IMG/VR virus record: IMGVR_UViG_3300045912_000129
Location: 1,653-65,652 of that record
Direction: 5' to 3' (one strand)
Source of the DNA: a virus
DNA: 64,000 nucleotides
Under the pieces are notes generated by a model. It had not been told where the DNA came from. It ran no database searches and was given only the letters and a program-made list of their open reading frames with translations. Each line of letters opens with the position of its first letter. Positions within the stretch are counted from its first letter, which is position 1. Shown piece after piece: positions 1 through 11,615 of the stretch. Both the position numbers and the translations under genes were made by a program.

Positions 1-2
1 GT

Positions 3-3000
3 AAGAAAGATGGAAAAGTAACTACTAGAGTTATTAAAGACTCTAATACTTTAATAAAGTTACATAATGCTAATTATGATGCTTCTAAAGTTAAAGAAAT
101 AGCATCTATGTTTGATGCAAATGATGAATTATATCTAAGTCCTGGTTATGGATTTAGAATAGATCATCATATGTCTAATAAAAAATATGACGGTAATTTT
201 ACTACTTTGTTAGCTCAGGATGTTAATGTTAAAGCTATACTAGTTAAAGATCAAAATGAAGAACTATTTGCTTCTATTGCTAAAGTAATAATTACAGGTA
301 CTAAAGACAAATATGAAATGAAGTTTATTAATAAAAACGGTAATGAAATAAATAAAGATGAGCTTAGATTAAGTGAATTTGCAGAACATGTTCTTCATGA
401 GTTTTATTTCAAAGATGGTATGAAAGATCCTTTTAAACTTGCTCGTAAAGTTAAAATGTTTTTAAAAGCTTATGAAGATATGACTGAAATGGATGGTGAG
501 TCTTATATGACTTTACCTATGTACAAAGAAACTTTAGTAAGAGCTGGTGATTGGACAGCTGAACAAGAAATGTTATATGGTAAGTTGATGACCAATCAAC
601 CTCTTACTTTACAAGATATGGTGAATATTGATAGTTATTTTAGAAAATTAAAAACATTAGGAACAGGTCATCTTAATCAAGATCAAACTACTTATGATAT
701 ACCAAGTGCTAATGAAATAGATAGAACTTTATCAGTACCTTTAATGTACAAACATTCTATTTTACCTTTAATACCTCAAATGTTAGGAGAAGATAGTGTG
801 CTTTCTAAACTTAATAGCTTTATGCTATCTAAAGGTATTGATATGTTAGTTTATGATTCTGCTAATAAAAAAATTGGAGCTCTTCTTAATAAAGAAGGTA
901 AACAAACTGCTATTTATGATAAGGAAATGAACTTTAATGAAAAGATGGATGATGGCAGACCTCAAACTAGTTCTTTCAGCATGTTTGGTGTTCAAGTAGA
1001 TATGAAACCAGTTCTTAAAGAAGAATCTACAGTAGGTACTCAATTAAGAAAACTTATTTTATCTAACATGTCTGAGTATGGTATTCCATCTGATTATAGA
1101 CTTGCTAATTCTAAGTATAGTATTGAAACTATTAGTCAAATGTGGAATAAACTAACAGAACAACAAAAGCTTAATCAATCAGAGTTTTATAGAATTAGTA
1201 AAGAGTACATTAATATTCAGAATGAGTTATATCAAAAAATGATTGATGACTTAATGAAAGAATTAAGCATTACTTATGATAGTAAAACAGGTACTTATAA
1301 AATGCAAGATGAAGGTTTAGAGAAATTAGCTGAAATTGTTACAGGAATGGCTGTAGATAGAGGTTACAATGAAAATGTTATTAAAACTATTCAAAGATTG
1401 TCTGAACCTGAAATATTACTAGACTTTTTAGCTGATAAAGAAAAAGTAGAAAATGTACTCTTTGCTATTATTCAAAATAGAGTAGTAAGAGAAAAGCGTA
1501 AAGGTATTGGTGCACCTCAAACTGCTGTAACTGGTTGGGAATTAAATAAAAGAGAAATTGGTATATCAAATGAAAAGGTTTTAAAGTTTTATAGAATGAA
1601 TCATGATAAAACCAAAACCTTACCTGCAGAAGTATATTACCAATTACCTAATGATGGTAAACTTTTAAATTGGTTTGCAAAGCATTACGAATTATCTTCT
1701 AAGAATGATGTAGTATTAATTAATGATATATTGGTTAATGTTAATAAAGATCTTGATAATCTTTTTGAGAAACTATATGCTAAAGAAGAAAGAGGTGAAA
1801 ATGTAGAGTTAACTGAATATGAAAACAAACTTCTTGATCTTATTACTATTGTAGGTTTTCGTATTCCTACTCAAGGTTTAAACTCTGCTGATTTCTTAAG
1901 AGTTAGAAAATTTTTACCACCTTATGCTGGTGATACATTAGTAGTACCTAGTGAAATTGTAGCTAAAGCTGGTTCTGACTTTGATATTGATAAAATGACA
2001 CTTTACTTTAAAAATTACAAAGTAGGTAAAGATGGTTTAATATTTTCTAAATACGATTCAGATACTAGTGATGAAGCAACTAAACTTAGATACGATAGAT
2101 ATGTTAATTCTGTTAAGTTAACAAAGGATGATAATTTTGAACTTAAGATTGAGCTTGCAGATAGTAAACTTGACGTTAAAGACATAAAAGATCAAATAAA
2201 AGAATTAAAAACTTTACTTAAAGATAATACTAAACAATTTAGAAGTAAAAAAGAAAAAGCTATTGAGTATGCTACTAATATGAGTAAATCTGTATTCAAA
2301 CAACTACCTGATGAATTACAAACTATTTATAAAGCTATTGAAAACTTTTTTAAAGAAGAAAAACTAAAAGGTTTAGAAAAGGTAAGAGAGTACTCTGAAA
2401 TTACTAAAACATTAATAGCTTATATGAATGACAACTCCTTAGAGTTAAATACAGGTTCTGCTCAAATGGATGAAAAATTAAAAAATATTCTTAATGATAA
2501 AAAGAACGAGAATCTTCTTGAAAAACTAACTTTACTTAACTACACTTATGAAGGTATTCAAATGGTAATGACATCGCCTACTGAAGTTCTATTAAAAGAC
2601 GAAATAGAGTTTATAAAAGAGTTAAGTGAAACTTTAAATAATACATCAGAAACTTTAAAAGAAAAGCTTGATAAATTAAAATCTGAAAAAGTTAAAATAC
2701 TAGTAGATAATAAACTTATACTTTCTTACGAAGACTTTAAAAAACTACCTATTGAACGTCAAAATACTAAAGAGCAATTACAAGATAAAATGATTGATTT
2801 ACACGTAGATATTATGTCTCATAAACTTAACCATAGATTGTTATTATCACCGATTAGTGATGATAATCTTAAATCTGCTGATAATGGTTATGTATGGGAT
2901 GTAAGATTTATGGAAAGTAATTCTCAAGAAATGAAAGCTGCTTATGATGAAATTAATAAGTTACTTACCTCAGATAAGTATAAAAACAAAGTTAAATTAA

Positions 3001-5870
3001 TAAACGGTGCTTATCGCTTTATTGGTAATGAAACTCAAGCTAACGAAACATCTTTACAATTTATAATGGACAGTGCTGTTATTTATGATAAGTATAAACA
3101 ACAATGGGTAGCTAAAAACAGTAAAGCAACTAAAGCATTTAATAATGCTATTAAATCTAGAATTAATATAGATAAGTTTCTATACTTCTTATCTGGTAAA
3201 GCTGGTGTAGGTCAAACAGCAGTACACGTTACACATCATCAGTTAGCAATGGCAGCTAATGTTCATTATAAATTATGGCAAAAAGGTAAATCAAGTTGGG
3301 TTTTTCCTCATAATACTTTTGATGGATGGCCATCATTTGCTGGAAGTACAGATAGTGAAGGTAACTTAATTAGTGAAACATTATCTTCATTAGTTAACTC
3401 TTACGTAGATGTTGCTAAAGATCCTTATATTTTTGATTTAAATGCTGGTTCAGATAATGCAAATGTTCAGTTCTTTTTGATTAGAGCTGGTGCTCCATAC
3501 AGTTGGATTTCTAAGTTTCTTAATCAACCTGTTATCAAAAAATATCAAGAAAATAAACGTAAGTACATGAATAATATTGCTAGACAAAATGGTATTTTTA
3601 AATCTAATGCTTATATTCATGCTATTACGTTACTAGAAATGGGTTATACTTTAAAGAACTCTGAAGGAAAACTTATTGCTATTGAAGATTTAGATAAAAT
3701 GAGTAAAGATGAAATTAATACTGCTTTATCTGGTTTTATATCAATCTCTTTAAAGACTAAAACTGATTTGCTTAATTTATTTATTGCAGAAAAAGCTTTA
3801 AAAGAAAGCAGTGCTCTAAAAGACGTTAGTATTGAACACGATGGTACAGAACCAGAATTAAGTACTGGATATGATCCAAAAGATTTTACAGAAGAAACAT
3901 TAAGATATCATATGTTAAATAAAAACAGTACTAATCCTGCTGATATAGAGTTTCAAGCTAAAATACTTGATTTATACTTAACTTACCAACAAGAGTCTGG
4001 TTTCTTACAAAGACTTATTAGAGCTACAAATCAAGACACTAAAGGTGTACCTAAGAATAGACAAGGTATTACTGAAATAGAAAAAAATAGATTATTCTTA
4101 AAAGAATTAAAAGCATTTGTTAACGGTGATAAAATACTTAAAGATACTATCGTTAATAAACCTAACGAAGCTGTTACTAAGATTTCTAAAGTATATGATG
4201 TAAAAATGAAGTTTCAAACTACAGATAATTTGTACTTTATGAAAACAGCTTTGATCAATAAGATTACAGAATTTACTAAAGATAAAAGTGAAGAAAATGT
4301 AAGTAAACTAGCTACTAAAATAGAACAAGATTTTACAGCAGCTCTTGTTAGTATTAAAAATGATCCTAAATATACTTATGAAGAGTTAATGGTATCTGGA
4401 CCTAAAAGTAAATATGAAATTATTGATAACGGTAATGTAGTAAAAGTATCATTACCTGAGTTTCTAAGTACTATAATGAAAGATCCTAAAGCTGTTGATA
4501 AACTTCCTAATAAGTATAAAAAGTATTATAAATTAAAAAATAATAATTTTATTAAAGAGTTACAGTTTGTATTATCTGATCAACAACTTACTAGTTATGA
4601 ATCTTTTCTTAATAAGAAATATATAAGTAATGACGTAACACCTTTTGATTATATTTCTTATAATAACAGACTAATTGATCCAGTTACAGCTAGTAGTTAT
4701 ATTTCAGATCTTAATGGTATTAAAAAACTATTCCCAGAGTTATATAATGATTTATTAAGACTTTCAATAGTACAAAATGGTTTCAGTAATAATAACAATA
4801 GTTTTGTGAGTCTTATTAATGAAGCAGACATTAATAGTTTGAAAATGGATGCTTGGGATAATTTTGATAATATGCCTCAGCAATTGCAAGATACTATTAT
4901 CAAAAGATTTATGGAAGAGTTTATAGCAAGATCCTATGACGCTATACCAATGGTACCTGAACCTAGAAAATTTACTAAAGTAGATAGAGTAAATGACGAA
5001 CTATACGAAACTATTAGTTATGAAAGAAAAGGAAAATTGGATAAAGAAAAGACTAACTTTACAGGGTTCTATATGGGTAATTTAACTGTAAATATCAATG
5101 GTATTGATAGAAATATTAAAGTAGGTTTTAAACCCAGTATTAACACTGATGAAAAAAATCCTCAAAATGTTGCTTATGATTTTAAAGCTTTTTATGAGTT
5201 GAGAACAGAAGTTAGAAACGCTAAAACTTTTCAAGAAGCTTTAAACTTAATTAATAATTCACCTAATATTGTACCATTAAGAGATAATGGTAATCTTATG
5301 AGATCATATCATAATCTTAAAGATACTAAAACGTTAACTGAAATTCAAAATGAATTAACTGACTATTTTAGTCAAGTATCCGTAGGAGATAAAATTATGT
5401 CATTATCGAAAGGTAATGTAGCTAGTGTTATAGAAAAAGATACAACTAATAACACTATTAAATTGCGTTACAAAGACGGTATAGAAGTAAGAATGTCTTC
5501 TAAAGCTTTTAACAAAACAATGCAAGTAGAAAGATATACACTTAATGATAAACAAAAAACTAATGAAGAACAAAAAACTAACACTAAATATACCTTTAGT
5601 AACATTATGCCTAATACTGTTATTCAATATATAAATGGTCCAAGAAAAGGTAAAAAAGCTACTGTAATAAGTAAAACAAAAACCGATATTAAATTATCAG
5701 TATCAAGTGATACAGGAGTAGCTTTAACTATTACTGTTAAAAAAGAAGATTTTAATAAAGATTTAGAATCTAATATTGAAATACTAGATACACCTATTGA
5801 TCTATCAGCTAGAGAAAATCTTGTAAATAAAAAGATAGATGAATCTAAAAACTCTAAGTGCAATAAATAA
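3..5870 (+). CDS. Giant virion-associated DNA-dependent RNA polymerase, crAss-like type (5'-truncated by the window edge)
   Basis: The frame is open from position 3, upstream of the listed ATG at 108. It contains GFRIPTQG and KAGSDFDIDKM, with the DxDxD metal-binding motif at about 1977-1991, as in crAss-like/phi14:2 virion RNAPs. Length exceeds 1950 codons. Confidence 0.88.
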   Translation, partial: KKDGKVTTRVIKDSNTLIKLHNANYDASKVKEIASMFDANDELYLSPGYGFRIDHHMSNKKYDGNFTTLLAQDVNVKAILVKDQNEELFASIAKVIITGTKDKYEMKFINKNGNEINKDELRLSEFAEHVLHEFYFKDGMKDPFKLARKVKMFLKAYEDMTEMDGESYMTLPMYKETLVRAGDWTAEQEMLYGKLMTNQPLTLQDMVNIDSYFRKLKTLGTGHLNQDQTTYDIPSANEIDRTLSVPLMYKHSILPLIPQMLGEDSVLSKLNSFMLSKGIDMLVYDSANKKIGALLNKEGKQTAIYDKEMNFNEKMDDGRPQTSSFSMFGVQVDMKPVLKEESTVGTQLRKLILSNMSEYGIPSDYRLANSKYSIETISQMWNKLTEQQKLNQSEFYRISKEYINIQNELYQKMIDDLMKELSITYDSKTGTYKMQDEGLEKLAEIVTGMAVDRGYNENVIKTIQRLSEPEILLDFLADKEKVENVLFAIIQNRVVREKRKGIGAPQTAVTGWELNKREIGISNEKVLKFYRMNHDKTKTLPAEVYYQLPNDGKLLNWFAKHYELSSKNDVVLINDILVNVNKDLDNLFEKLYAKEERGENVELTEYENKLLDLITIVGFRIPTQGLNSADFLRVRKFLPPYAGDTLVVPSEIVAKAGSDFDIDKMTLYFKNYKVGKDGLIFSKYDSDTSDEATKLRYDRYVNSVKLTKDDNFELKIELADSKLDVKDIKDQIKELKTLLKDNTKQFRSKKEKAIEYATNMSKSVFKQLPDELQTIYKAIENFFKEEKLKGLEKVREYSEITKTLIAYMNDNSLELNTGSAQMDEKLKNILNDKKNENLLEKLTLLNYTYEGIQMVMTSPTEVLLKDEIEFIKELSETLNNTSETLKEKLDKLKSEKVKILVDNKLILSYEDFKKLPIERQNTKEQLQDKMIDLHVDIMSHKLNHRLLLSPISDDNLKSADNGYVWDVRFMESNSQEMKAAYDEINKLLTSDKYKNKVKLINGAYRFIGNETQANETSLQFIMDSAVIYDKYKQQWVAKNSKATKAFNNAIKSRINIDKFLYFLSGKAGVGQTAVHVTHHQLAMAANVHYKLWQKGKSSWVFPHNTFDGWPSFAGSTDSEGNLISETLSSLVNSYVDVAKDPYIFDLNAGSDNANVQFFLIRAGAPYSWISKFLNQPVIKKYQENKRKYMNNIARQNGIFKSNAYIHAITLLEMGYTLKNSEGKLIAIEDLDKMSKDEINTALSGFISISLKTKTDLLNLFIAEKALKESSALKDVSIEHDGTEPELSTGYDPKDFTEETLRYHMLNKNSTNPADIEFQAKILDLYLTYQQESGFLQRLIRATNQDTKGVPKNRQGITEIEKNRLFLKELKAFVNGDKILKDTIVNKPNEAVTKISKVYDVKMKFQTTDNLYFMKTALINKITEFTKDKSEENVSKLATKIEQDFTAALVSIKNDPKYTYEELMVSGPKSKYEIIDNGNVVKVSLPEFLSTIMKDPKAVDKLPNKYKKYYKLKNNNFIKELQFVLSDQQLTSYESFLNKKYISNDVTPFDYISYNNRLIDPVTASSYISDLNGIKKLFPELYNDLLRLSIVQNGFSNNNNSFVSLINEADINSLKMDAWDNFDNMPQQLQDTIIKRFMEEFIARSYDAIPMVPEPRKFTKVDRVNDELYETISYERKGKLDKEKTNFTGFYMGNLTVNINGIDRNIKVGFKPSINTDEKNPQNVAYDFKAFYELRTEVRNAKTFQEALNLINNSPNIVPLRDNGNLMRSYHNLKDTKTLTEIQNELTDYFSQVSVGDKIMSLSKGNVASVIEKDTTNNTIKLRYKDGIEVRMSSKAFNKTMQVERYTLNDKQKTNEEQKTNTKYTFSNIMPNTVIQYINGPRKGKKATVISKTKTDIKLSVSSDTGVALTITVKKEDFNKDLESNIEILDTPIDLSARENLVNKKIDESKNSKCNK

Positions 5871-5888
5871 CAATTAGTTATAAATATT

Positions 5889-5918
5889 AAAGGGGGAAGG
5901 CGATTGCCAACCCCCTTT
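5889..5918. terminator. Bidirectional intrinsic terminator between the convergent RNAP gene and late arm
   Basis: AAAGGGGG-AAGGCGATTGCCAA-CCCCCTTT inverted repeat with A/T-rich flanks, between two converging stop codons (5870 and 6009). Confidence 0.8.
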
Positions 5919-6008
5919 ATTTATTAAATAATTAGCTTTTAAAGCACTTAAAATACCGAGTAATAGGTATATATTATTTAGTGATTACAGTGTCTTAAAA
6001 CTCAAATA

Positions 6009-9000
6009 TTAGCGTTTTGCAAGCAAATGATCTATTATAGTATCATCTTTATCAGTAGTACCAAATATACCTAACATGTTATTTATTGATTTTAATCCTA
6101 ATAAATTACTAGTGTAATAGAACAATGGTGTATTGTCTTTAATAGGTGATGTATCAATAGTCCAAGCCTTTTTACCTAATCTAGGAGTAGTTGTTTGATC
6201 CCAACCAGCTCCTGTTATTAAATCAATACCTTCTGTAAAAGTATTAGTAATCATATTATAGACAGTAGTAACACCACTAATAACAGGGAAAGGAGCTTTA
6301 GTTAACATTTGTGTAAACTCTCTAATACCTGTTAATGTAGGATCCATTGGTAAGTAAAAACCTATTTCTAATATCGTTCTGTCTAATACACTTAATATAC
6401 CATGTACTATAGGATTGTTTTTACGATCATCATCATCCCAAGCCATTCCAAATAACAGTAATAATAACATTACTGCATATAACATTCTTAACTCACCTAG
6501 TAATGCTTTTACTTGACCTACATGTTCTTTAACGTAATCATCATAAGACACTTTATCTTTAAGTTCAGGATTAGCTAATATAAAATCTTCATACATTTTT
6601 CTAAATTGTTCTTCATTATAATTTAAATTAAACCTACCACCAATTAAAGGTATCATCATTGGTAAAACTTTAGCAGTATTTTTTATTATATCACCTTTAA
6701 CAAAGTTAAGAGCAGCTCTCCACCTACCTATTTCATACTCTTCCATTGTCATATTATAACCTTCTTTTTTTAGTCTTTCATTAATAGTAGCTGGTATCCA
6801 TCCTCTATAATTCATTAACATTCTACCCATAATAGATGTTTTATAACCAGCTATATCTTCATCAGACATTTGACCTTTTACTCTACCAGCTATTTCTTTA
6901 ACCTTTCTTCTTATAGACATTACAGCCATGTCTGAAATATCTTCACCATTATTATCAATAATTTTCATAGTAGTATCATTACCATTAGGTATTTCTTCTA
7001 TACTATCCCATATAGATTTTATTTGAGCATCTGGGTATTTTTCTTTAAGTTTATCTATTCTATCTACTCTACTTGGATCTGTAGGATCAATAGCATAGTT
7101 CATTAACATTGCTGCAAATATTGTTCTTTCAATAGATTCATCAGCCATTTTATGAAGTTTATAATTCCAGTCTTCTCTTAGTGCTTTTCTTAATTTATTA
7201 GCTGACAGTTTGTTAGCTGTTATTGAACTAACATCTTCAGCTGTTATTTGTAACATATCAAATAATTCATTTACATATTTAGCTTTCTTATTGTCTTTAG
7301 CTAAAGGACCCATTACCATTGCTTTTGTAGCAGCATTTAATTGTTCTTCAGTATAATATTTACCTTTTTTTGCCATTGCTTTCATTTGAGCTCTAGAAGC
7401 TAAATAACCAGCAGAAGCAGATAGAGCATTAAATGCCATAGTAGCCCTACTATTAAGAGCTTGTGCAGCCATTATTGTTTTAGCAGCTTGTTGACCTACA
7501 GTACTATTTATTAAGTCTTCTTGTAATTTTTGACCATATACATAGTAATTAATGAATTGATCAAAAGCTTTTACAAGATTAGGATTAGATTTCTTAGTGT
7601 ACTCAGGAACATTAGTATTTGCAATTGTTTTTACACCATACGCTGTTTTAGTAATAAAAGGTGTATCTACAGCTAAACGTCTTAAAGAAAGAATCATGTC
7701 TTCATGTTGTTGTAATAAGCTAGTAGTTTTTGCCATGCTTGCAAATAAAAATAAAGACCTACCTAAATCTAAAGATTTTTCTTTAGGATCTATAGCATCT
7801 TGAAAGTATAATGGAATTTCTTTAACGTCATTTTTACCAGCAATAGTTAAAGATTTATCTTGAGGATCTAATAACTGATCTTTAATAGCAACAAGTTTTT
7901 CTTTTAATTTAGCAGGATTTAAAGCCGAACCCATACTTTCTTCAGCAAGTTTATCAACAAGTGTTTTTCTAACATTAGGTATAAACCATTTTTTTAAGCT
8001 AATACCAGTTTCATCTGATACTCTTTGTATTTCGTTTACAAATAAATTATAAAAGTCTAATAAAGGTTTATTTTCAGGTTTAATAATTTCTAAATACTCT
8101 TTAGAATACCATTTAGATGGTTCTTTAGGAGACATCAAATTCCATATAAAAGTATTATACCAAGCATTATTATTACCGTTATTATAGTAAATGTCATTGT
8201 TATTTAACCAGTTATTCATTTTCTTTTTGTACTCTTCTTCTGTTTTACTATTAGCTTTAAAAAAAGCATCTGCTTCTTTCTTTAAAGCTTGAAAACGATC
8301 TTCATCTGAAAGACCTGTTCTATCTTTTTCTGTAGATCTATGAAAAGTATTCTTAAACCATTCTATTGCTTCTGTGGTTTTATTTTCAGAGTATTGTTTT
8401 CTTAACTTAAATAATGAAACATCATACATTTTAATTAACTCATAATCATTATCATTTTCATTAAAAACAATTAAAGATTTGTAAATATCACTTCCTTTTA
8501 AACCTTTATTTTTACCCCATTCTTGCAAAGCATCAACACTTTCTTTAATTCTTTTTTGTAAATCATTTTCGTACTTTATTCTTTCATAATTAATTTTATC
8601 CATTGTTCTTGAAAAAGTAACAATCAAAGGATGATTTATAGATTTTAAATGAGCAAACCAAGTAGAACCAGCTCCTAAATCTTCTTGTTTTTGATAAGCT
8701 AAAAACTCTTCAGTAGTCATAAACTTATTATCAGTAACAAAATTAGTCAATCTTGTTAACATTAAACTTTCCAAAGCTACTTTATTTTGATTCATCAAAG
8801 TCAAAGCGTTACCTAAAGAAGATTCTAAAATACTAGCTTCTACTGGATCTACTTTTTTTAATTCAGCTACAGAACCACTAATGAAATCTAAAATGTTACT
8901 ATACAAATCAATTTCAGATAATAAAGAATTTATACCTTTAAATGTCAAATATCGAGGATCATTTTGATCATCAATATCAACAGCTACTTTAATTAAAGCA

Positions 9001-11597
9001 TTAAGATCATGTAAATACCTAGTTACACCTTCATAGTTAGTAGTCATTTGTAAATCCATAATATTTTTAGTAAGAGTTTCTAATCTTTCAACATACTCTG
9101 GATTGTTCCAAAGACCTTTCTTTGCCATTTCTTTCTCAAGAGCTTCTTTATTAGCTATTAGTTTTTGAATAAGAACATCTAATTTTTCATTACCAGTAGA
9201 TTCTCGTGAAGCAACAATAGGACTTAATAAATTATTTGCTATAGGATTATCTTCTTCTGTTAATATGAACTGTACTTTGCTATCCGGTTTTAATTGATAA
9301 GATTTAGTACCATCAGGATTAACAACTTCTTCTTTACTATAAAACACATTAAAAGGTAAAATGCGAGCATTTCTTAACGCACCTAAACCATATACTTCTC
9401 TTAACATTTCAGCGTATCTAGTTAACTGTGTATCATAAGCTTTTGTTTTGGTATTAAGTAGTTTCTTATTATCTGGAGAATCATCTAATACCCAGAACCA
9501 ATTATCATTGATTTCCTTATCACCTGTTTTAGTATATTCTGGTACTAGACCTTGTCTTTTTCTAACAGCTTTAATGTACTCTTTAGTTTTTTTATCAGGA
9601 TTTGGAAACTCTTTTTTAACATATTTCAATTCTATAAACTTGTGATCATATAAACTAAAAGTACCGTCTGAAAAAATTACAGTAACATCAGGAGAACCTA
9701 CTTCTTCAGCTTTAGGATCTAATATTACTTGTTCTAGTAAGAACAAAGGTTTTACTTTAGGATCTATTTTTCTTTGAATCTTATTTACTTGATAGTAGAT
9801 TTTTAACATAGATCTAACTTGTTTCATGTAGTTATATATACCATTAACTTGAATATCATCATCTAAATCAGAATTATCACTAACGTATTTAGCTTCTTGT
9901 CTAGTTCTTTTAACTGAAGCTGGTCCTTGAAATTGAGCATCAAACGCTTGTTGATCAAACGTATCAAAACCCATTGCATAATCAAATGGGTCAAATTCTT
10001 CAGAGTCAAAAGGATCTGGTTCTTGATTATTTTTTCTTTCATATTTTTTACGATATTTATGAGCATAAGCTGTTTTATCACTATTAATAAGTTCTACCAT
10101 TTTCATATAAGTAGCTGTTTTCTTAAACCTTTCACTCATAGTTTTAACATACTCTTCTTCTGTCATGTTAGCATGTTCATCCATGAAAGGCATTTCATTT
10201 AAAATAGTATTAAGTATTTCTTCGTTGTAACTGTGCATCTCAGTACCTATAGTTCTACCTAATTGAGACTTTAATTCTTTTGATTTTTTAACAGCTTCTG
10301 AATATGTTTTATTAGATTGAAATAAAGCTTTTTGTCTAGCTGATACACGATTTAACCAATACTTTTTACTAGAACCATCTTTTCTTTCGTAAAGCATTAC
10401 GTGTTCTTCATCCTGATAAATTTTACGAAGTTTAACAGGTAATTCATTGATAGGTACCATAATAGGTTCACCTACTTTAGCAGCACTAGCATTAAGATTT
10501 CTCACAGCAGCTAATTGCTTTTCACTATAACCAGCTTTAGCTAAATTTTCAACATTAATAGGTTCTGTTTTTCTATATTGATCTATTTCATTAAGTACTT
10601 TAATATCAAACTTAGAATCAGTAGCACCTACTAAATAACCTAATTCTAGTAAAGTAGTAGTAGAATCTAGTTTTGATAAGTCTACGCTACGGTTAAATAG
10701 TTTTGAAAACAAAGCACTTAACCATGTCATGAATCTTTTAAATAGAGGTTTAATTCTATCTGCTTGTTCTTTACTAGTATAAGCTTCAGTAGTCATTATT
10801 CCTACTAATTCAGTAATAGCTTCTTTATAACCATGTTCTGATAACTCATTTTTATCATTTAAATACTCACTGTCGTTAAATATTCTAATTAACTTATTAC
10901 GCAATGGACTATTAGAGTTATAGATTCTATCTACTTCTTTTTTGAGATTATTATACAAATCTTTATTAGTAACACTTAAAGTATCTACTAAAGGGTGAAT
11001 AAACTCATGCCACATTGCATCAGGATGATTAGCTAAATAAGCTTCATTCAATATAATTGTACCATCTTTGGAATACTTACCAGCCCATTGTTTATGTATA
11101 TCATTAATAAATACTGCTTTAACTCCAAATCTTTCTTTGAGTTTAGATACTATGTTGTTTACAGTAGAAGCTTGAGCTCCTATAATAGCTTTAGAATAAG
11201 TTTCCATTTTTTCTGTAGGTTCTGTATCTGTAAAACTATCTACAGGAGAATCTAATGAAGAAGTCAAATCTAAATCATATTTAGGATGGGTTAATCTTAC
11301 TTCACCTTTTAATAAATCTAAATAACGAAGTTGATTATTCAATGTGAGATTAACTACGCCATTGTTTAATACAACTTCACCATTCTTATCAACATCATAC
11401 TCGTATTTAGCTAATATTGATTCAAACTCAGGCATACGTGTAGTATAATACGCACGCAAAGCATTACCTTGATGTTTATAATGATTTTTAAGATCTTCAA
11501 ATAAAATACTTGGTTCGTTGTTAGGAGCCATTACAGCTTTAATTTCATTAGTTAGTTTACCATTAGGTTTTCTTTTATAAACTATCTCACACTGCAT
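6009..11597 (-). CDS. Large virion cargo/ejection protein with zincin (HExxH) and PD-(D/E)XK-like domains
   Basis: 1862 aa. N-terminal APNNEPSILF...DKNGEV module, MWHEFIHPL zincin motif, and a GSPDV...LYDHKF...YDTQLTRYAEML nuclease-like motif. Its position beside the vRNAP gene is typical of crAss-like cargo genes. Confidence 0.65.
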   Translation of the reverse strand: MQCEIVYKRKPNGKLTNEIKAVMAPNNEPSILFEDLKNHYKHQGNALRAYYTTRMPEFESILAKYEYDVDKNGEVVLNNGVVNLTLNNQLRYLDLLKGEVRLTHPKYDLDLTSSLDSPVDSFTDTEPTEKMETYSKAIIGAQASTVNNIVSKLKERFGVKAVFINDIHKQWAGKYSKDGTIILNEAYLANHPDAMWHEFIHPLVDTLSVTNKDLYNNLKKEVDRIYNSNSPLRNKLIRIFNDSEYLNDKNELSEHGYKEAITELVGIMTTEAYTSKEQADRIKPLFKRFMTWLSALFSKLFNRSVDLSKLDSTTTLLELGYLVGATDSKFDIKVLNEIDQYRKTEPINVENLAKAGYSEKQLAAVRNLNASAAKVGEPIMVPINELPVKLRKIYQDEEHVMLYERKDGSSKKYWLNRVSARQKALFQSNKTYSEAVKKSKELKSQLGRTIGTEMHSYNEEILNTILNEMPFMDEHANMTEEEYVKTMSERFKKTATYMKMVELINSDKTAYAHKYRKKYERKNNQEPDPFDSEEFDPFDYAMGFDTFDQQAFDAQFQGPASVKRTRQEAKYVSDNSDLDDDIQVNGIYNYMKQVRSMLKIYYQVNKIQRKIDPKVKPLFLLEQVILDPKAEEVGSPDVTVIFSDGTFSLYDHKFIELKYVKKEFPNPDKKTKEYIKAVRKRQGLVPEYTKTGDKEINDNWFWVLDDSPDNKKLLNTKTKAYDTQLTRYAEMLREVYGLGALRNARILPFNVFYSKEEVVNPDGTKSYQLKPDSKVQFILTEEDNPIANNLLSPIVASRESTGNEKLDVLIQKLIANKEALEKEMAKKGLWNNPEYVERLETLTKNIMDLQMTTNYEGVTRYLHDLNALIKVAVDIDDQNDPRYLTFKGINSLLSEIDLYSNILDFISGSVAELKKVDPVEASILESSLGNALTLMNQNKVALESLMLTRLTNFVTDNKFMTTEEFLAYQKQEDLGAGSTWFAHLKSINHPLIVTFSRTMDKINYERIKYENDLQKRIKESVDALQEWGKNKGLKGSDIYKSLIVFNENDNDYELIKMYDVSLFKLRKQYSENKTTEAIEWFKNTFHRSTEKDRTGLSDEDRFQALKKEADAFFKANSKTEEEYKKKMNNWLNNNDIYYNNGNNNAWYNTFIWNLMSPKEPSKWYSKEYLEIIKPENKPLLDFYNLFVNEIQRVSDETGISLKKWFIPNVRKTLVDKLAEESMGSALNPAKLKEKLVAIKDQLLDPQDKSLTIAGKNDVKEIPLYFQDAIDPKEKSLDLGRSLFLFASMAKTTSLLQQHEDMILSLRRLAVDTPFITKTAYGVKTIANTNVPEYTKKSNPNLVKAFDQFINYYVYGQKLQEDLINSTVGQQAAKTIMAAQALNSRATMAFNALSASAGYLASRAQMKAMAKKGKYYTEEQLNAATKAMVMGPLAKDNKKAKYVNELFDMLQITAEDVSSITANKLSANKLRKALREDWNYKLHKMADESIERTIFAAMLMNYAIDPTDPSRVDRIDKLKEKYPDAQIKSIWDSIEEIPNGNDTTMKIIDNNGEDISDMAVMSIRRKVKEIAGRVKGQMSDEDIAGYKTSIMGRMLMNYRGWIPATINERLKKEGYNMTMEEYEIGRWRAALNFVKGDIIKNTAKVLPMMIPLIGGRFNLNYNEEQFRKMYEDFILANPELKDKVSYDDYVKEHVGQVKALLGELRMLYAVMLLLLLFGMAWDDDDRKNNPIVHGILSVLDRTILEIGFYLPMDPTLTGIREFTQMLTKAPFPVISGVTTVYNMITNTFTEGIDLITGAGWDQTTTPRLGKKAWTIDTSPIKDNTPLFYYTSNLLGLKSINNMLGIFGTTDKDDTIIDHLLAKR

Positions 11598-11615
11598 AAA
11601 TAATTAATTATTTAG

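Noticed and set aside
1-6009. vRNAP gene oriented opposite to the structural arm as a novelty
   Set aside because: Convergent gene blocks occur in crAss-like genomes, so this is not distinctive without the flanking sequence.
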